Below, piece after piece: positions 8,901 to 16,533 of a DNA stretch of 52,823 bases. The notes beneath the pieces were generated by a model. That model saw only the letters and a program-made list of their open reading frames with translations. It was not told where the DNA came from and did no database searches. The first letter of the stretch is position 1. Each line of letters opens with the position of its first letter. The position numbers were made by a program, and so were the translations under genes. This DNA is from Endozoicomonas sp. (lineage in GTDB: Bacteria; Pseudomonadota; Gammaproteobacteria; Pseudomonadales; Endozoicomonadaceae). The DNA is taken from contig JAQFVO010001030.1 in NCBI GenBank assembly GCA_027942505.1, forward strand, positions 1 through 52,823, written 5' to 3'.

Positions 8901-11900
8901 AGCCAGCATTTCTTTTTGAACTTTTGGCGCGATACGATGCAGAGCGTCTGCTGCGTGAGAGTCTATCTCGTCAAATTGTGCTAACTGCTCTCCCTGTTCA
9001 TTCCTGCCTTGCCCTGGTCCAATCTTTTCTACTCGGCTGTAATTGCCGTTCTCACCTTTAATAATACTGACTCGCCATGCGTTTATGCTTTCAGGCAAGT
9101 CAAAGGTTGACTGGTCGGATTTGCGGATTTTGGTCTTGCTCTCAAACACTTTTGAGTCGATCAGTGTTTCATTGCTGTTCAGGGATACCGGGTTTGATGG
9201 GCGAACCGTCACCACACCGAAGAACTTCCCTAAATCCATAGTGAACGTAGCAAGGTCCGGACTTTGGTTGGGCGCTGGCTGCGCTCCCAATAGATCAGCC
9301 TGCCCCCTGGCTGCGGCCTGATCGCTGGCTGAGCTAGATCCAGACAATACAAAGTCATCAGCCTCTTTATCGGCTGCGGCTTTCTGTCGGGCTTGTTCTT
9401 CGCGCTTCCGGGCGTCGGCTTCAGCGGCCTTTTGTTGCTCGGCCTGCTGCTGAAGCTCTTGCTCGGTCTGGGTGGTGAGGTTAAATGACGGGCTTACTTC
9501 TTGCGGATCGGTACCACGTTGCTCGGCTGCTGCTGTTCCTTCTGTTTCTGCTCTTTGGCCAGTCGCTTCCGGCGTCCCTCTTCCAGCGCCATAGCGAACT
9601 CGCGCGCCTGTTCTCTCGTAAGTGTCGGCTTCATCAGATTCTACCTGGTTGTTTTGTTCGTTGGCGGCAGCATCGGCCAGTGTGGATAGCTCTCTGGCTT
9701 CCGCTTCGACTAATTCCCAGTCTGCCTCATTAAAGGTGTCTGAGTCTAATCCGGTTCTCCCTTCAGCATAGACAATATCCACCTGCTCAAAGTTATCGTA
9801 CCAGTCATCAGTAACCGCATTATCGCGCCGTGACTGCTCAATATCAGCGGCGTGCTGGCTCAGAAACTCCGGCCTGTCGAAGTATGGGTCTGACTCGGCT
9901 TCATCCAGAATCCGGCTAACTTCCTGACGGTAAGCCGGTGACAGCGGCTCGCCTGCCAATGCTGCCCTGACTGCCGGTGCGGTGACATTACTGGCGCCAC
10001 TGGCAGCGCGGGTACCTTGCTGCTGAGCTACCTGCCCATAGTCGCCCATGGCTTGAGAGAAGCGCGGCCGACCAGCCATCTCTTCCACAATAGCGTCGGT
10101 CAGCGAATTGGCGCCGTACTCCTGCCCGTTCTGGTCGTAATAACCGTAATCGCTGAGGATGCGCCCCATATCATCCGCAGTTAAACCATTCCTGTTTAGG
10201 TATCGGCCAGACAATCCTCTGCCTTCACTCTTTACCCAGTACTTGATACTTTCGGCAACGGTGTCTTCTACGGAGTCAGTTCTCAAGCCACCTAAACGAC
10301 CGATAGCGGTTAACAGGGTGTCGTCTGGCTGCACCTCACCGCCTTTGCCTTTTGCCGCCTGCGCTCTCGCCCGCTCAAGCTGCTCCTGCGCCTGCACCTC
10401 TTCAGCAGTCGTTTGCAGATACTCGCGGTACTGCTGATTGCTTAACCGGTTGTCGTAAATATTGTTGTTGGCCGGCTCTGATCCCGACAGGCGTCTCTGC
10501 TCTTCCAGATTGGTCTGGCGTATATCCGCCATGAGATTATTGAACTCATTAATTCGCCTGCCTTCCAGTGCAGCTCTGGCCTGTTGCAGTAAGCGAACCC
10601 GGTTAACGGTGACGATGGGCTTACGTCGAGCTTTTGCCTGCTCCATGGCCGACTTTTCAAGACGCTTGGTGTCCTGAATCAGCTGCTTAAGCTCTTTAAA
10701 AGATTCCCTGTCTCTGGGGTCGCCCTGAAATTTTCTCATCAGCTTGTTGAGCTGGGCGGCTTTCTCGGAATAAAGCTGGTAGTCGGCATCATTGCCCTGA
10801 TAGGCATACGCCGGGTGATTCTGTGCGGCCGGAGTCTCCTGCTCATCGGGTGCCGGTCGGCTGAGCACCTGCTGATAGTCTTCCTGCACATTACCCCGGC
10901 TATCAACATATGTACGACGGTCATCGGTCAGTGCCGGTTGCGCCGGGCGAATAGTCCATAGTCCATTATCCAGTTGCACCGGGTTACCCTGAATGCCATT
11001 ACGCTGCATAAATTCCTGTGCGGCGCCCCGGTATGGGAATAGCTCTCGTTCTGCCTGTGGTCTCCCCTGCTCTTGTGGTTGCTGTGTCAGTCTTGGCTGC
11101 GCGGCCTGTCGTGCCTGTCGGGCCCGGATAATATCGGAGAGCGCGATATACTGCCCCTCAAGTACCCGCTCAAAGTTGTCTGACTGCTGTTGTGCCTGCG
11201 GATCTGCGCGAGTGATAGCGCCCTGATGCTCTGCCTGCTGCCGCACCTGGTCAGGCATCCCCACCAGTATGTAACCCCCGTCAACCTTCTGTGCCATAAA
11301 CGGGAAGCGGGTCAGCTTCATTCGCTCGGCATAGTCCTGTAGCTCCACCATGGACTTGAATGGTTTGCCATCTTCCCGGCCGATACGTTGCTCACCCATA
11401 TCGTTAAAGGGGTTGGTGCGCGGTGCACGGAACTGTTCACCCCGGGTGTTACTGCGGTCGGCTGCCGGGCGGTCGTAGTCTACTCCGTCACTGCTCCAGC
11501 TTTGCCAGTTGGCCTGCTCTGTTTCATTCTGCCCGGGTCGTGTTGGTGGTTGGCTGGGTGCCTGTTTGATCTGCTGTTGAATCCGGGCGTTGGCAATAGC
11601 GGACTCGCGGATATGGTTAATCGCGCCTGCCCTTTGACTGGTCCGGTCTTCAACAATGGCGGCGGCTGCATCCCGCTCGGCGGTGACTTCCTGTAGCTTG
11701 CCTGTCAGAAACTCTGTGTCGGCGCCGGGCTCTTGCAGTTGCATTTCAAGAAAACGGATATCTTCATTTTTCGCGCCAAGGGTCTGGTTGGCGTTGGCAA
11801 TATCTGCATCAAACTGGCTGATCTCCTGTTCTGCTGCCGCCATGGTGCGCTGATTGGCGGTGAAGTTTTCCGATAACTGCTCCTGAGTTGGTGCCTGCTG

Positions 11901-13028
11901 ACCTCGGCTAAACGCACCACCAATCGCGCCCATAGGGCCACCGGACCCCATACCCAATACGGCACCGGTTGCCGCCACGTTGGCCACATCCTGCCACTGG
12001 GAACGGCCATCGATTGCTGCCAGCTCGGTATTGGTTGCCCACTGCTGCCCACCACCTTCAAAGGTTTCCTGTATGCCTTCGGTGCCTGCACCGGCTGCAC
12101 CGCCTGTTAAAATACCCTGCGGGCCCTTGCCGGTGACAATCTTCTGTAGCTGTGGGCCGAGCAGCGCCATGGAGGCGGCGCCGATACCGGCAGCTTTTGC
12201 GGTGGCACCTGCGGCCAGATCCTCGGCCAGCATTGCCCTGGCTTTATCGAACGCCTGACGTTTGTTATCCGGGGTTTCCTGATAGGTCTGGCGGTAGTAG
12301 TTCTGGAACGCTTTGCTTTTTAGAAGCGTCTGGTCGTCCAACGCCATCACTTCCTGCCAGGTCTGATTGCCGGCACCACCACCGACCATGGCGCCACCAA
12401 CAGAACCATAACCCACAGTGCTGCTGGCGCGGTCAATGTTCCTGTCCAGTTTGGCCAGTCTTGTTGCTGCCCGGGTGGCGTCGGTCACATTGTCAGCGGT
12501 CTCCAGCGCCTTCCTTGCCTTGCCGTAACCGGACAGCGCCTTGCCGCCGTATTGTATTCCTTTGCCCAGCAAACCCCCGCCTGCCATCATGGGCGCCATG
12601 GAGCCGAGCCCGGACAATGCTCCATAAGCAAAGCCTCTGCCGGTTATCTCCTGATCTTCCCCGAAACCAAAATTCTCTACCGCCTCGATGGTGGACGGAC
12701 TTCGATCCATCGCCCATTCATCGGCATAGTCACGAATCCCCCTGCTGACTGCGTTGGGTGTGCCGCCGGTAAAGAACTGGGCCATATCAGCGGTGGCCGA
12801 TGCTGCGCCGGACCTTAACGAGTTCCAGGCATCATTGAGCTCTCCAGAATAGACGTTGCCTCGTGGCGCAGTGTGCCGGTCAAACTCGGCACGAAACTGC
12901 GATGCCTGCTCTTCATTCCAGCCGTATTGATGCACGGTTTGCTGAATGAAGTTGTTACGCATTACCTCCCTGTTGTAATCGTCGGCTTGCTGGTATTGGT
13001 CGCTGCGGGTAATTTCGTCCCAATTCAT
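2937..13028 (-). CDS. Giant polyvalent virion/ejection protein (3363 aa) with InPase-like, zincin-like, LPD3-like and C-terminal LPD38-like domains
   Basis: PTEAQKQAGNYKK...YGYIKRTEGADGDQVDVFVG (about 8310-8740); LHEVAGH (about 6585-6605); IKINWQGIKH module (about 5790-6200); YRIPKPFEMG (about 3720-3750); Gly/Ala-rich hydrophobic N-terminal region; last gene of the structural cluster. Confidence 0.85.
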   Translation of the reverse strand: MNWDEITRSDQYQQADDYNREVMRNNFIQQTVHQYGWNEEQASQFRAEFDRHTAPRGNVYSGELNDAWNSLRSGAASATADMAQFFTGGTPNAVSRGIRDYADEWAMDRSPSTIEAVENFGFGEDQEITGRGFAYGALSGLGSMAPMMAGGGLLGKGIQYGGKALSGYGKARKALETADNVTDATRAATRLAKLDRNIDRASSTVGYGSVGGAMVGGGAGNQTWQEVMALDDQTLLKSKAFQNYYRQTYQETPDNKRQAFDKARAMLAEDLAAGATAKAAGIGAASMALLGPQLQKIVTGKGPQGILTGGAAGAGTEGIQETFEGGGQQWATNTELAAIDGRSQWQDVANVAATGAVLGMGSGGPMGAIGGAFSRGQQAPTQEQLSENFTANQRTMAAAEQEISQFDADIANANQTLGAKNEDIRFLEMQLQEPGADTEFLTGKLQEVTAERDAAAAIVEDRTSQRAGAINHIRESAIANARIQQQIKQAPSQPPTRPGQNETEQANWQSWSSDGVDYDRPAADRSNTRGEQFRAPRTNPFNDMGEQRIGREDGKPFKSMVELQDYAERMKLTRFPFMAQKVDGGYILVGMPDQVRQQAEHQGAITRADPQAQQQSDNFERVLEGQYIALSDIIRARQARQAAQPRLTQQPQEQGRPQAERELFPYRGAAQEFMQRNGIQGNPVQLDNGLWTIRPAQPALTDDRRTYVDSRGNVQEDYQQVLSRPAPDEQETPAAQNHPAYAYQGNDADYQLYSEKAAQLNKLMRKFQGDPRDRESFKELKQLIQDTKRLEKSAMEQAKARRKPIVTVNRVRLLQQARAALEGRRINEFNNLMADIRQTNLEEQRRLSGSEPANNNIYDNRLSNQQYREYLQTTAEEVQAQEQLERARAQAAKGKGGEVQPDDTLLTAIGRLGGLRTDSVEDTVAESIKYWVKSEGRGLSGRYLNRNGLTADDMGRILSDYGYYDQNGQEYGANSLTDAIVEEMAGRPRFSQAMGDYGQVAQQQGTRAASGASNVTAPAVRAALAGEPLSPAYRQEVSRILDEAESDPYFDRPEFLSQHAADIEQSRRDNAVTDDWYDNFEQVDIVYAEGRTGLDSDTFNEADWELVEAEARELSTLADAAANEQNNQVESDEADTYERTGARVRYGAGRGTPEATGQRAETEGTAAAEQRGTDPQEVSPSFNLTTQTEQELQQQAEQQKAAEADARKREEQARQKAAADKEADDFVLSGSSSASDQAAARGQADLLGAQPAPNQSPDLATFTMDLGKFFGVVTVRPSNPVSLNSNETLIDSKVFESKTKIRKSDQSTFDLPESINAWRVSIIKGENGNYSRVEKIGPGQGRNEQGEQLAQFDEIDSHAADALHRIAPKVQKEMLAMFDKAKGQADLLGANPAPSNNDQITEPSNNAGSASTDTETSGSDQISKPSESEPNPEPTEAQKQAGNYKKEHIKLQGLDISLENKRGSTRSGTDPDGNEWSVTMAHDYGYIKRTEGADGDQVDVFVGDNPDSEQIFIVDQVNKDGSFDEHKVMLGFTDRQSAIDGYKASYQKGWKVGEVTQLSMGDFKNWLKEGDTTKPASKQKTGESESSTNRYSLTNEKNLFVVHNLSAKGVIEADKLGGLAAPSIAVARSDVSSFDGFGEISLLAKPELLNDKKTRTFDADIYSPRQPRAHYDIDSKAFYQFVRSLDPDNLGLDTPDINQASDTDGANEFIRSDSVELAYLQEIGKVPAIKNARVDRAIRNAARGDIPSSPYEIERGDKFYGQAKKYYQRKLKDMYEKAPDRANRFEEIYFDDNAEVHDHQVRNFYHEVKKYKDSGGKDIRQFRNDISKKLRSPRARKDFEQWATDKFNSMVKGRKIFKGFTNSGSRRYSDYSLQNVVKEMTQQLQAGENFFYGAGTIRSAYAKEFKSIKDIQKDRNKIIPEAELEQIKEESGKVLEDALERLKPYYKYDADSWGYMNDAGSAITEGRRAQADAFNLTPEARKIIDDLVEYLTALPTTYFEAKAQRAVSFSEFDTAIVPRGTDKKVLEILKNAGLKVKTYDQKKDGDRQRVIAAQNRLLFKQGRPATGINRDAADQVASTIGNQLGVTVNVATDENQLPSHIRSQMEVDGVSTIKGIFDRRTGQAWIVSANLNNQAEAIRTVLHEVAGHQALTQMLGSTMDSVMARIHNDMPAEIKARIEKDYASQLKGMDEQTRKAVIAEEYLAHLAETNPTSSTFKRFVAKVRRVLRKLFPSISWTNDDVVELLEAARKKLKDGGPQGPDSGNRYSGTKDHNSFQDREVVTVAGKELLQRHTRKALYQEARNYARRHFKNTTVFNKALNAEIKINWQGIKHSLKPPYYDDYRALVIPALDRLIKSGNNPVFEADKKGRKDLDGVYRLQAWAQIKGQLFDVELIVRAFESGNKSQYDLKVNKEGPAGISGTSNTSYEVIDVVLQPVAGPSLSIDQRKAVKLSEDNRSDGNTDHSTNRYSLAIAATQANLSDDVQGVINKVHGGRQQQVGIVDRVKGWIKDMELSSKGTWKTIGDKFYTGMIDQFDPIAKMEKGVNAGKLKEAKDSAYKATLRTKNLEGIMTAVLGKGTPQLKNGSVVVRDNSKGLLEIFEPLAKAGQLEVWETWAAAKRAQRLLNEGRENLFTQVDIDTINRHVNARPELKTQFEQAHKQYQAFNKQILDFAQESGLIDPDSRKLWETDDYLPFHRVNRLDDGKQSSLLRRKGLSNQQSGIKQLEGGVDQISPMEAIYRNTASLIDASMKNIAMQRISDVGVAAGAMEKTRGGIRLTMDQVKERLVDKGILDEKDTITPEQKKRWEALLIKFEDMGEGSVKVSRDGKTDVYHVKEGNEDLLETMQAMGPDTLHGILKVFAMPKRLLTSMVTADPGFMARNFVRDTLSTWMTVHPEVGGKTLHASMLEAVANVKKGLESDDHWALMMAGGGGGGFYEITPDNVRGKLTPGQYKAHHRRALDNIEQSWQWWQKQGSRFENANRLAVFNKAMEQGASIAEAAHQAQDVLNFTRRGKWQSMRILTEIIPFLNARMQGLDRLARGGIENPSAMLLRGSMYMAASIALWSLFADDERYKELPDHEKLTWHHFWDGEGNHYRIPKPFEMGAIFATMPEVFNNVAFNGEDGEWAGKMVGKMFTDVFAMGMPQFIAPALDVARNKNSFTDAPILSLGMQYQMPESQYTPWTSETTKALAEAMPDGAPEWMRSPKRLEYLLRGYFGTLGSYALMGADALAREARGAPQRPELSVRQWPVIGSFIRGNDEGATRYSTEMYDLLRESNSLAATIKNFTEQGRLEEAAELEREGSEALDSRIELNRYSRRISKLKKEVRKILDSRFMTAPVKKQRIDRLNSQINDLYQEAIREAGY

Positions 13029-13057
13029 GTAAGGGGGTTCCTGATTTTTTATGGAGA

Positions 13058-13090
13058 CTGGTTTTTTGTACAGGCTGGCTATTTATACAG
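13058..13090 (-). promoter_or_regulatory. Two tandem LexA boxes upstream of the giant gene
   Basis: CTGTATAAATAGCCAG (13075-13090) and CTGTACAAAAAACCAG (13058-13073), just downstream of a TACAAT -10 element. Confidence 0.75.
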
Positions 13091-13226
13091 TTATTGTACT
13101 GGACGCAAGGCACAAAGCCAAAGGCGGCAAGGGTTGCCGCTATGGTTTGAGAAGGAAGTTTGAACGGGAATATTCCGGGGCTTTTTGACGCCGCTCAAGG
13201 GTGTTTTAGCGTTTTTTGCCGGTGGC

Positions 13227-13523
13227 TCAGGCTACTCTCGGCTCAATGTTTTTTAAGCTATTGCCCAGCTCGGCGGCTGCTATTTTCAGGTCGTAGGTCG
13301 ATTGCAGGTTGAGCCAGCTCTGGGCATCGCCACCAAAGTAACGGGCAAGGCGCAGGGCGGTATCCGGCGTTATGGCTCGACGCTCCAATACGATGTCGTT
13401 AATACGGGGGGCTGCAACGTGCAGCGCCATTGCCAACGCATGAGCACTCATGCCCAACGGTTCAAGGTAGTCTTCCCGAAGGATTTCGCCGGGATGAATC
13501 GGGCGCATTTTGTTCCTAGCCAT
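13227..13523 (-). CDS. higA: HigA antitoxin
   Basis: MRPIHPGEILREDYLEPLG...ITPDTALRLARYFG...WLNLQ. Confidence 0.95.
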   Translation of the reverse strand: MARNKMRPIHPGEILREDYLEPLGMSAHALAMALHVAAPRINDIVLERRAITPDTALRLARYFGGDAQSWLNLQSTYDLKIAAAELGNSLKNIEPRVA

Positions 13524-13535
13524 CAGAAAACCCTC

Positions 13536-13814
13536 TCAATGGTAATCCACAATTTCCACGTTCCAGGCATTGCCAAGACGCCACTCAAAGCACACCCGCC
13601 ACTGCTTGTTGATGCGAATGCTATACCGGCCAGCACGATCACCCGCAAGGCGTTCCAACTGGTTGCCCGGCGGGCTGCGCAAAAAGGCCAGGGTAGTGGC
13701 GCTGTCCAGCAGTTGCAGCTTGCGCTCTGCTGCCTTTTTGATCGACCGGAACGCCTTGACGGGCTGGCCTTCAAACAACGCCTGAGTCTGTTTGCAGCGA
13801 AAGGTTTTGATCAT
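13536..13814 (-). CDS. higB: HigB toxin (RelE superfamily)
   Basis: MIKTFRCK...PPGNQLERLAGDRAGRYSIRINKQWRVCFEW...VEIVDYH. Confidence 0.95.
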   Translation of the reverse strand: MIKTFRCKQTQALFEGQPVKAFRSIKKAAERKLQLLDSATTLAFLRSPPGNQLERLAGDRAGRYSIRINKQWRVCFEWRLGNAWNVEIVDYH

Positions 13815-13920
13815 GGTTTGAGTGTATACCGAAGCTCGTTAAACGCAAGGCGGGCAGAACAGAAAACCATGGATATTGATAAAGCCAGAGGCTGCGAGGG
13901 TTTGAATGGCTACCGGCGTC

Positions 13921-14193
13921 TTAGCGTTTTTTTCGGTGGTGATGCAGGATCACAATAATCAGGCTGGCTTCCTGCACACGATAGATCAGAGTTAAAGGTA
14001 AATCCGGTATGGAGAACTCGCGTGTTCCGTCGATCCTGCCCGGCTTACCCATTAACGGCTGCTCAGTGATGGTATCGACACAATCAAAGATGCGGTCAAC
14101 CACGTCAATAGATGCCTTCGGGTTGAACTGGTGAATGTAATCCTGATACTCGGTAAGGTCGTTTTCTGCGCGAGCTTCCCAGATAACCTGCAT
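13921..14193 (-). CDS. RelE/ParE-family toxin
   Basis: VIWEARAENDL...YI...P.MGKPGRIDGTREF...LIYRV. Confidence 0.9.
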   Translation of the reverse strand: MQVIWEARAENDLTEYQDYIHQFNPKASIDVVDRIFDCVDTITEQPLMGKPGRIDGTREFSIPDLPLTLIYRVQEASLIIVILHHHRKKR

Positions 14194-14444
14194 CAGCCTT
14201 CACCCCTGGCACGCTTATATGCTCTGGCCCTCACATCTTCATTACTGGCAAAGCTGGCTTTACCCTGGTCAATATCAGCCATGCGCTTACAGGTTTCCTC
14301 AATAACCCAGTGTTCACGCTCGATATGCTCCTCGATTGCCTTTCGGGCAATGTAAGCAGTATCCCGCTCACAGGCTTCAGCAATCACCTTCATTTTTTCC
14401 AGCGTTTCGTCTTCCAGCCGGATAGAGAGCAGTTGTTTACCCAT
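14193..14444 (-). CDS. CopG/RHH antitoxin
   Basis: LSIRLEDET...AYIARKAIEEHIEREHW; translationally coupled to the toxin. Confidence 0.85.
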   Translation of the reverse strand: MGKQLLSIRLEDETLEKMKVIAEACERDTAYIARKAIEEHIEREHWVIEETCKRMADIDQGKASFASNEDVRARAYKRARGEG

Positions 14445-14518
14445 AACGTTACCTGTATTCGATGTATGACATTGAAAACATAGTATAGAGTTTTGAGCCA
14501 GGCAATGGGTTTGTTTCT

Positions 14519-15682
14519 TCAGTCGCCATAAAAGCTCTTGCCGGGCTGATAGCCATTCGCAACGGTTTGACCCTGATTTGCGGCCGGTATGCGATAGTCA
14601 ATCTCATCCGGTGCCGGCAGGTCGTCACCACTGCTGCCGTTGCTTCTGCCAGCCAGCATTGCCGCCAGTTTGGCAGGGTCAGACTGGCCATGCTGTGCGG
14701 CGGGTTGACGATTCATTCGGCTGGCGGTATCAAAGCCTAAGCCATAGCGACCGAACTGCGGTGCGCTCTGGGTTGCCATGAATCTGGGATCATAGGTAAT
14801 GCGCTGTGCTGCCGCCTGTGGTCCGTACTGGCTTATAAAGTCATCATAAGCCTGCTGGCCTGCCTTGTTGGCGTCGTAGAACTCAAGGCCTCCGGCTTCA
14901 TTCTTGCGCGCATAGCGCCCGGCCTCGTCCAGCTGATAACCCATACCAGACAGATTGTTCGGGTCGGTAGCGGCAGTCCTGGCTGCTGCGGCGCCTTCGG
15001 CCAGCTCTTTACTGTCAAGAATCGCCTCTCGTGCCGGGGTGCTTTCCACCCTGGCGCGGCTGACGTAGTTGTTCAGGTTGGACAACTGACGTTCAACTTC
15101 CACCATGGGCAGACGACCAAGCACCGATTGCTCGGCACCGAGAATGGAGAGAAATTGATTGCCCTGTTCGTCGGTATCCAGCTTTAGCCCGGTGGCATTG
15201 TTAATACTGGAGTAGGGCGTCTTGTTCAGCAAGGCTAATGCCGTATCCAGATCGGGTTGGCCCTGCTTGCGATTGGTGGCGTCGCCGGTCTCGCCTTTCA
15301 GAGCCCGGAGAAAGTTCCCGGCATCCTGCGCTGCCTGGTAATCAATGCTGTACTGGTAGCCTGACTGACTTGTTGCCGTATTGGGTGCCTGGGTGACCTG
15401 CGCCAGACTGGCCTTGTTCTGGTTGTAGATTTGCTGATAACTGGGTTGCGTCGCCTGTTTGTTTTGCTGCTCAAGTGCGTCGTTGCGCAGGCGTTGCTCT
15501 CTCAATAACCCTTGCTGATATCGGGTATCGGCCAGTCGTTGATTGATAAGCTGCTGACTGGAAGGCATTAAGCCACGTCTGGCCAGATCCCGCTGGTCGT
15601 AATCGCTGATACCTCTTGAGCCATTAGTCAGCCGGTCTATTACTGCACCTTCCATGATGCGTGGATTGATTTCGTAAGCCAT
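14519..15682 (-). CDS. Putative internal virion/ejection protein
   Basis: Gln/Ala-rich; AGGAG RBS before MAYEINPR (start placed at 15682); lies between the tail genes and the giant gene. Confidence 0.6.
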   Translation of the reverse strand: MAYEINPRIMEGAVIDRLTNGSRGISDYDQRDLARRGLMPSSQQLINQRLADTRYQQGLLREQRLRNDALEQQNKQATQPSYQQIYNQNKASLAQVTQAPNTATSQSGYQYSIDYQAAQDAGNFLRALKGETGDATNRKQGQPDLDTALALLNKTPYSSINNATGLKLDTDEQGNQFLSILGAEQSVLGRLPMVEVERQLSNLNNYVSRARVESTPAREAILDSKELAEGAAAARTAATDPNNLSGMGYQLDEAGRYARKNEAGGLEFYDANKAGQQAYDDFISQYGPQAAAQRITYDPRFMATQSAPQFGRYGLGFDTASRMNRQPAAQHGQSDPAKLAAMLAGRSNGSSGDDLPAPDEIDYRIPAANQGQTVANGYQPGKSFYGD

Positions 15683-15707
15683 GGTCTTGTTCTCCTGTTT
15701 GGATGGC

Positions 15708-16517
15708 TTAGAAGCCGTAGCTGTACCAGACATTACCAGGGTTCCATGAAGGACCGGATGAGTTGACCTGCAAACCGTTGCTGTAGCGTTGCTGCGCCTC
15801 GTTAAACATCTGACCTTGTTGCTGTAGCTTCAGGCTGTCTGCCTGCATCTGACCAGAGGCGTTAAACTGCCTTGCCTGCTCGCCCATCTGGTCATAGAAC
15901 TGCTGGGCAGACTGCATCTGGGCGCCCATCTGGCTGTACATATTCGCGCCCTGGGAACCGACGCCTAACCCAAGCTGTGCTGCCTGCATCCGCTCGTTCA
16001 TATCCTGCTGCTTGCTCATCTGCTGCACCTGGTTCTGGTTGGCGCTGTAGCCTGCGGCCTTGCTCAGAGCATTACCGGTGGTCATGGCGGCATAGCGGCC
16101 TGAGTTGGGATTCACGCCCATACGCTGCAAGTCCCGGTTTGCATCGGCCATCATCGCGTCATAGTTGGCGTTGTACTGGGCTCCGGCATTGGCCAGGTTG
16201 CTGGACAGTTCAGCTCCAGACACCCCGGCATTTTCAGCGATGTATTCCAGCTGCGGCTTATACTGGTCGAACAGCTGAAACATATCCTCCGCGTAGCCTT
16301 CGCGATCATCCAGATACAGGTTCTCCCTGATCTGGTCCAGATCAAACTGGGCGTACTCTGAGGGCTTATCAAAGCCATAATCGTAGTCAAGCCCAAGTTT
16401 GTCATACTTGCCTTTGGTATAATCGTAAGCGCTCGGGGCCTGATCCCTTAATCCGTATCTGCCCCCGCCGATTGACGAGTTGTAGGATACCCCGCTGGGG
16501 TCGCGTCTGAATGCCAT
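15708..16517 (-). CDS. Putative internal virion/ejection protein
   Basis: Q/N/G-rich with a MGVNPNSGRY motif typical of podoviral ejection-region proteins. Confidence 0.6.
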   Translation of the reverse strand: MAFRRDPSGVSYNSSIGGGRYGLRDQAPSAYDYTKGKYDKLGLDYDYGFDKPSEYAQFDLDQIRENLYLDDREGYAEDMFQLFDQYKPQLEYIAENAGVSGAELSSNLANAGAQYNANYDAMMADANRDLQRMGVNPNSGRYAAMTTGNALSKAAGYSANQNQVQQMSKQQDMNERMQAAQLGLGVGSQGANMYSQMGAQMQSAQQFYDQMGEQARQFNASGQMQADSLKLQQQGQMFNEAQQRYSNGLQVNSSGPSWNPGNVWYSYGF

Positions 16518-16533
16518 GTTTTAATCTCCAAAG

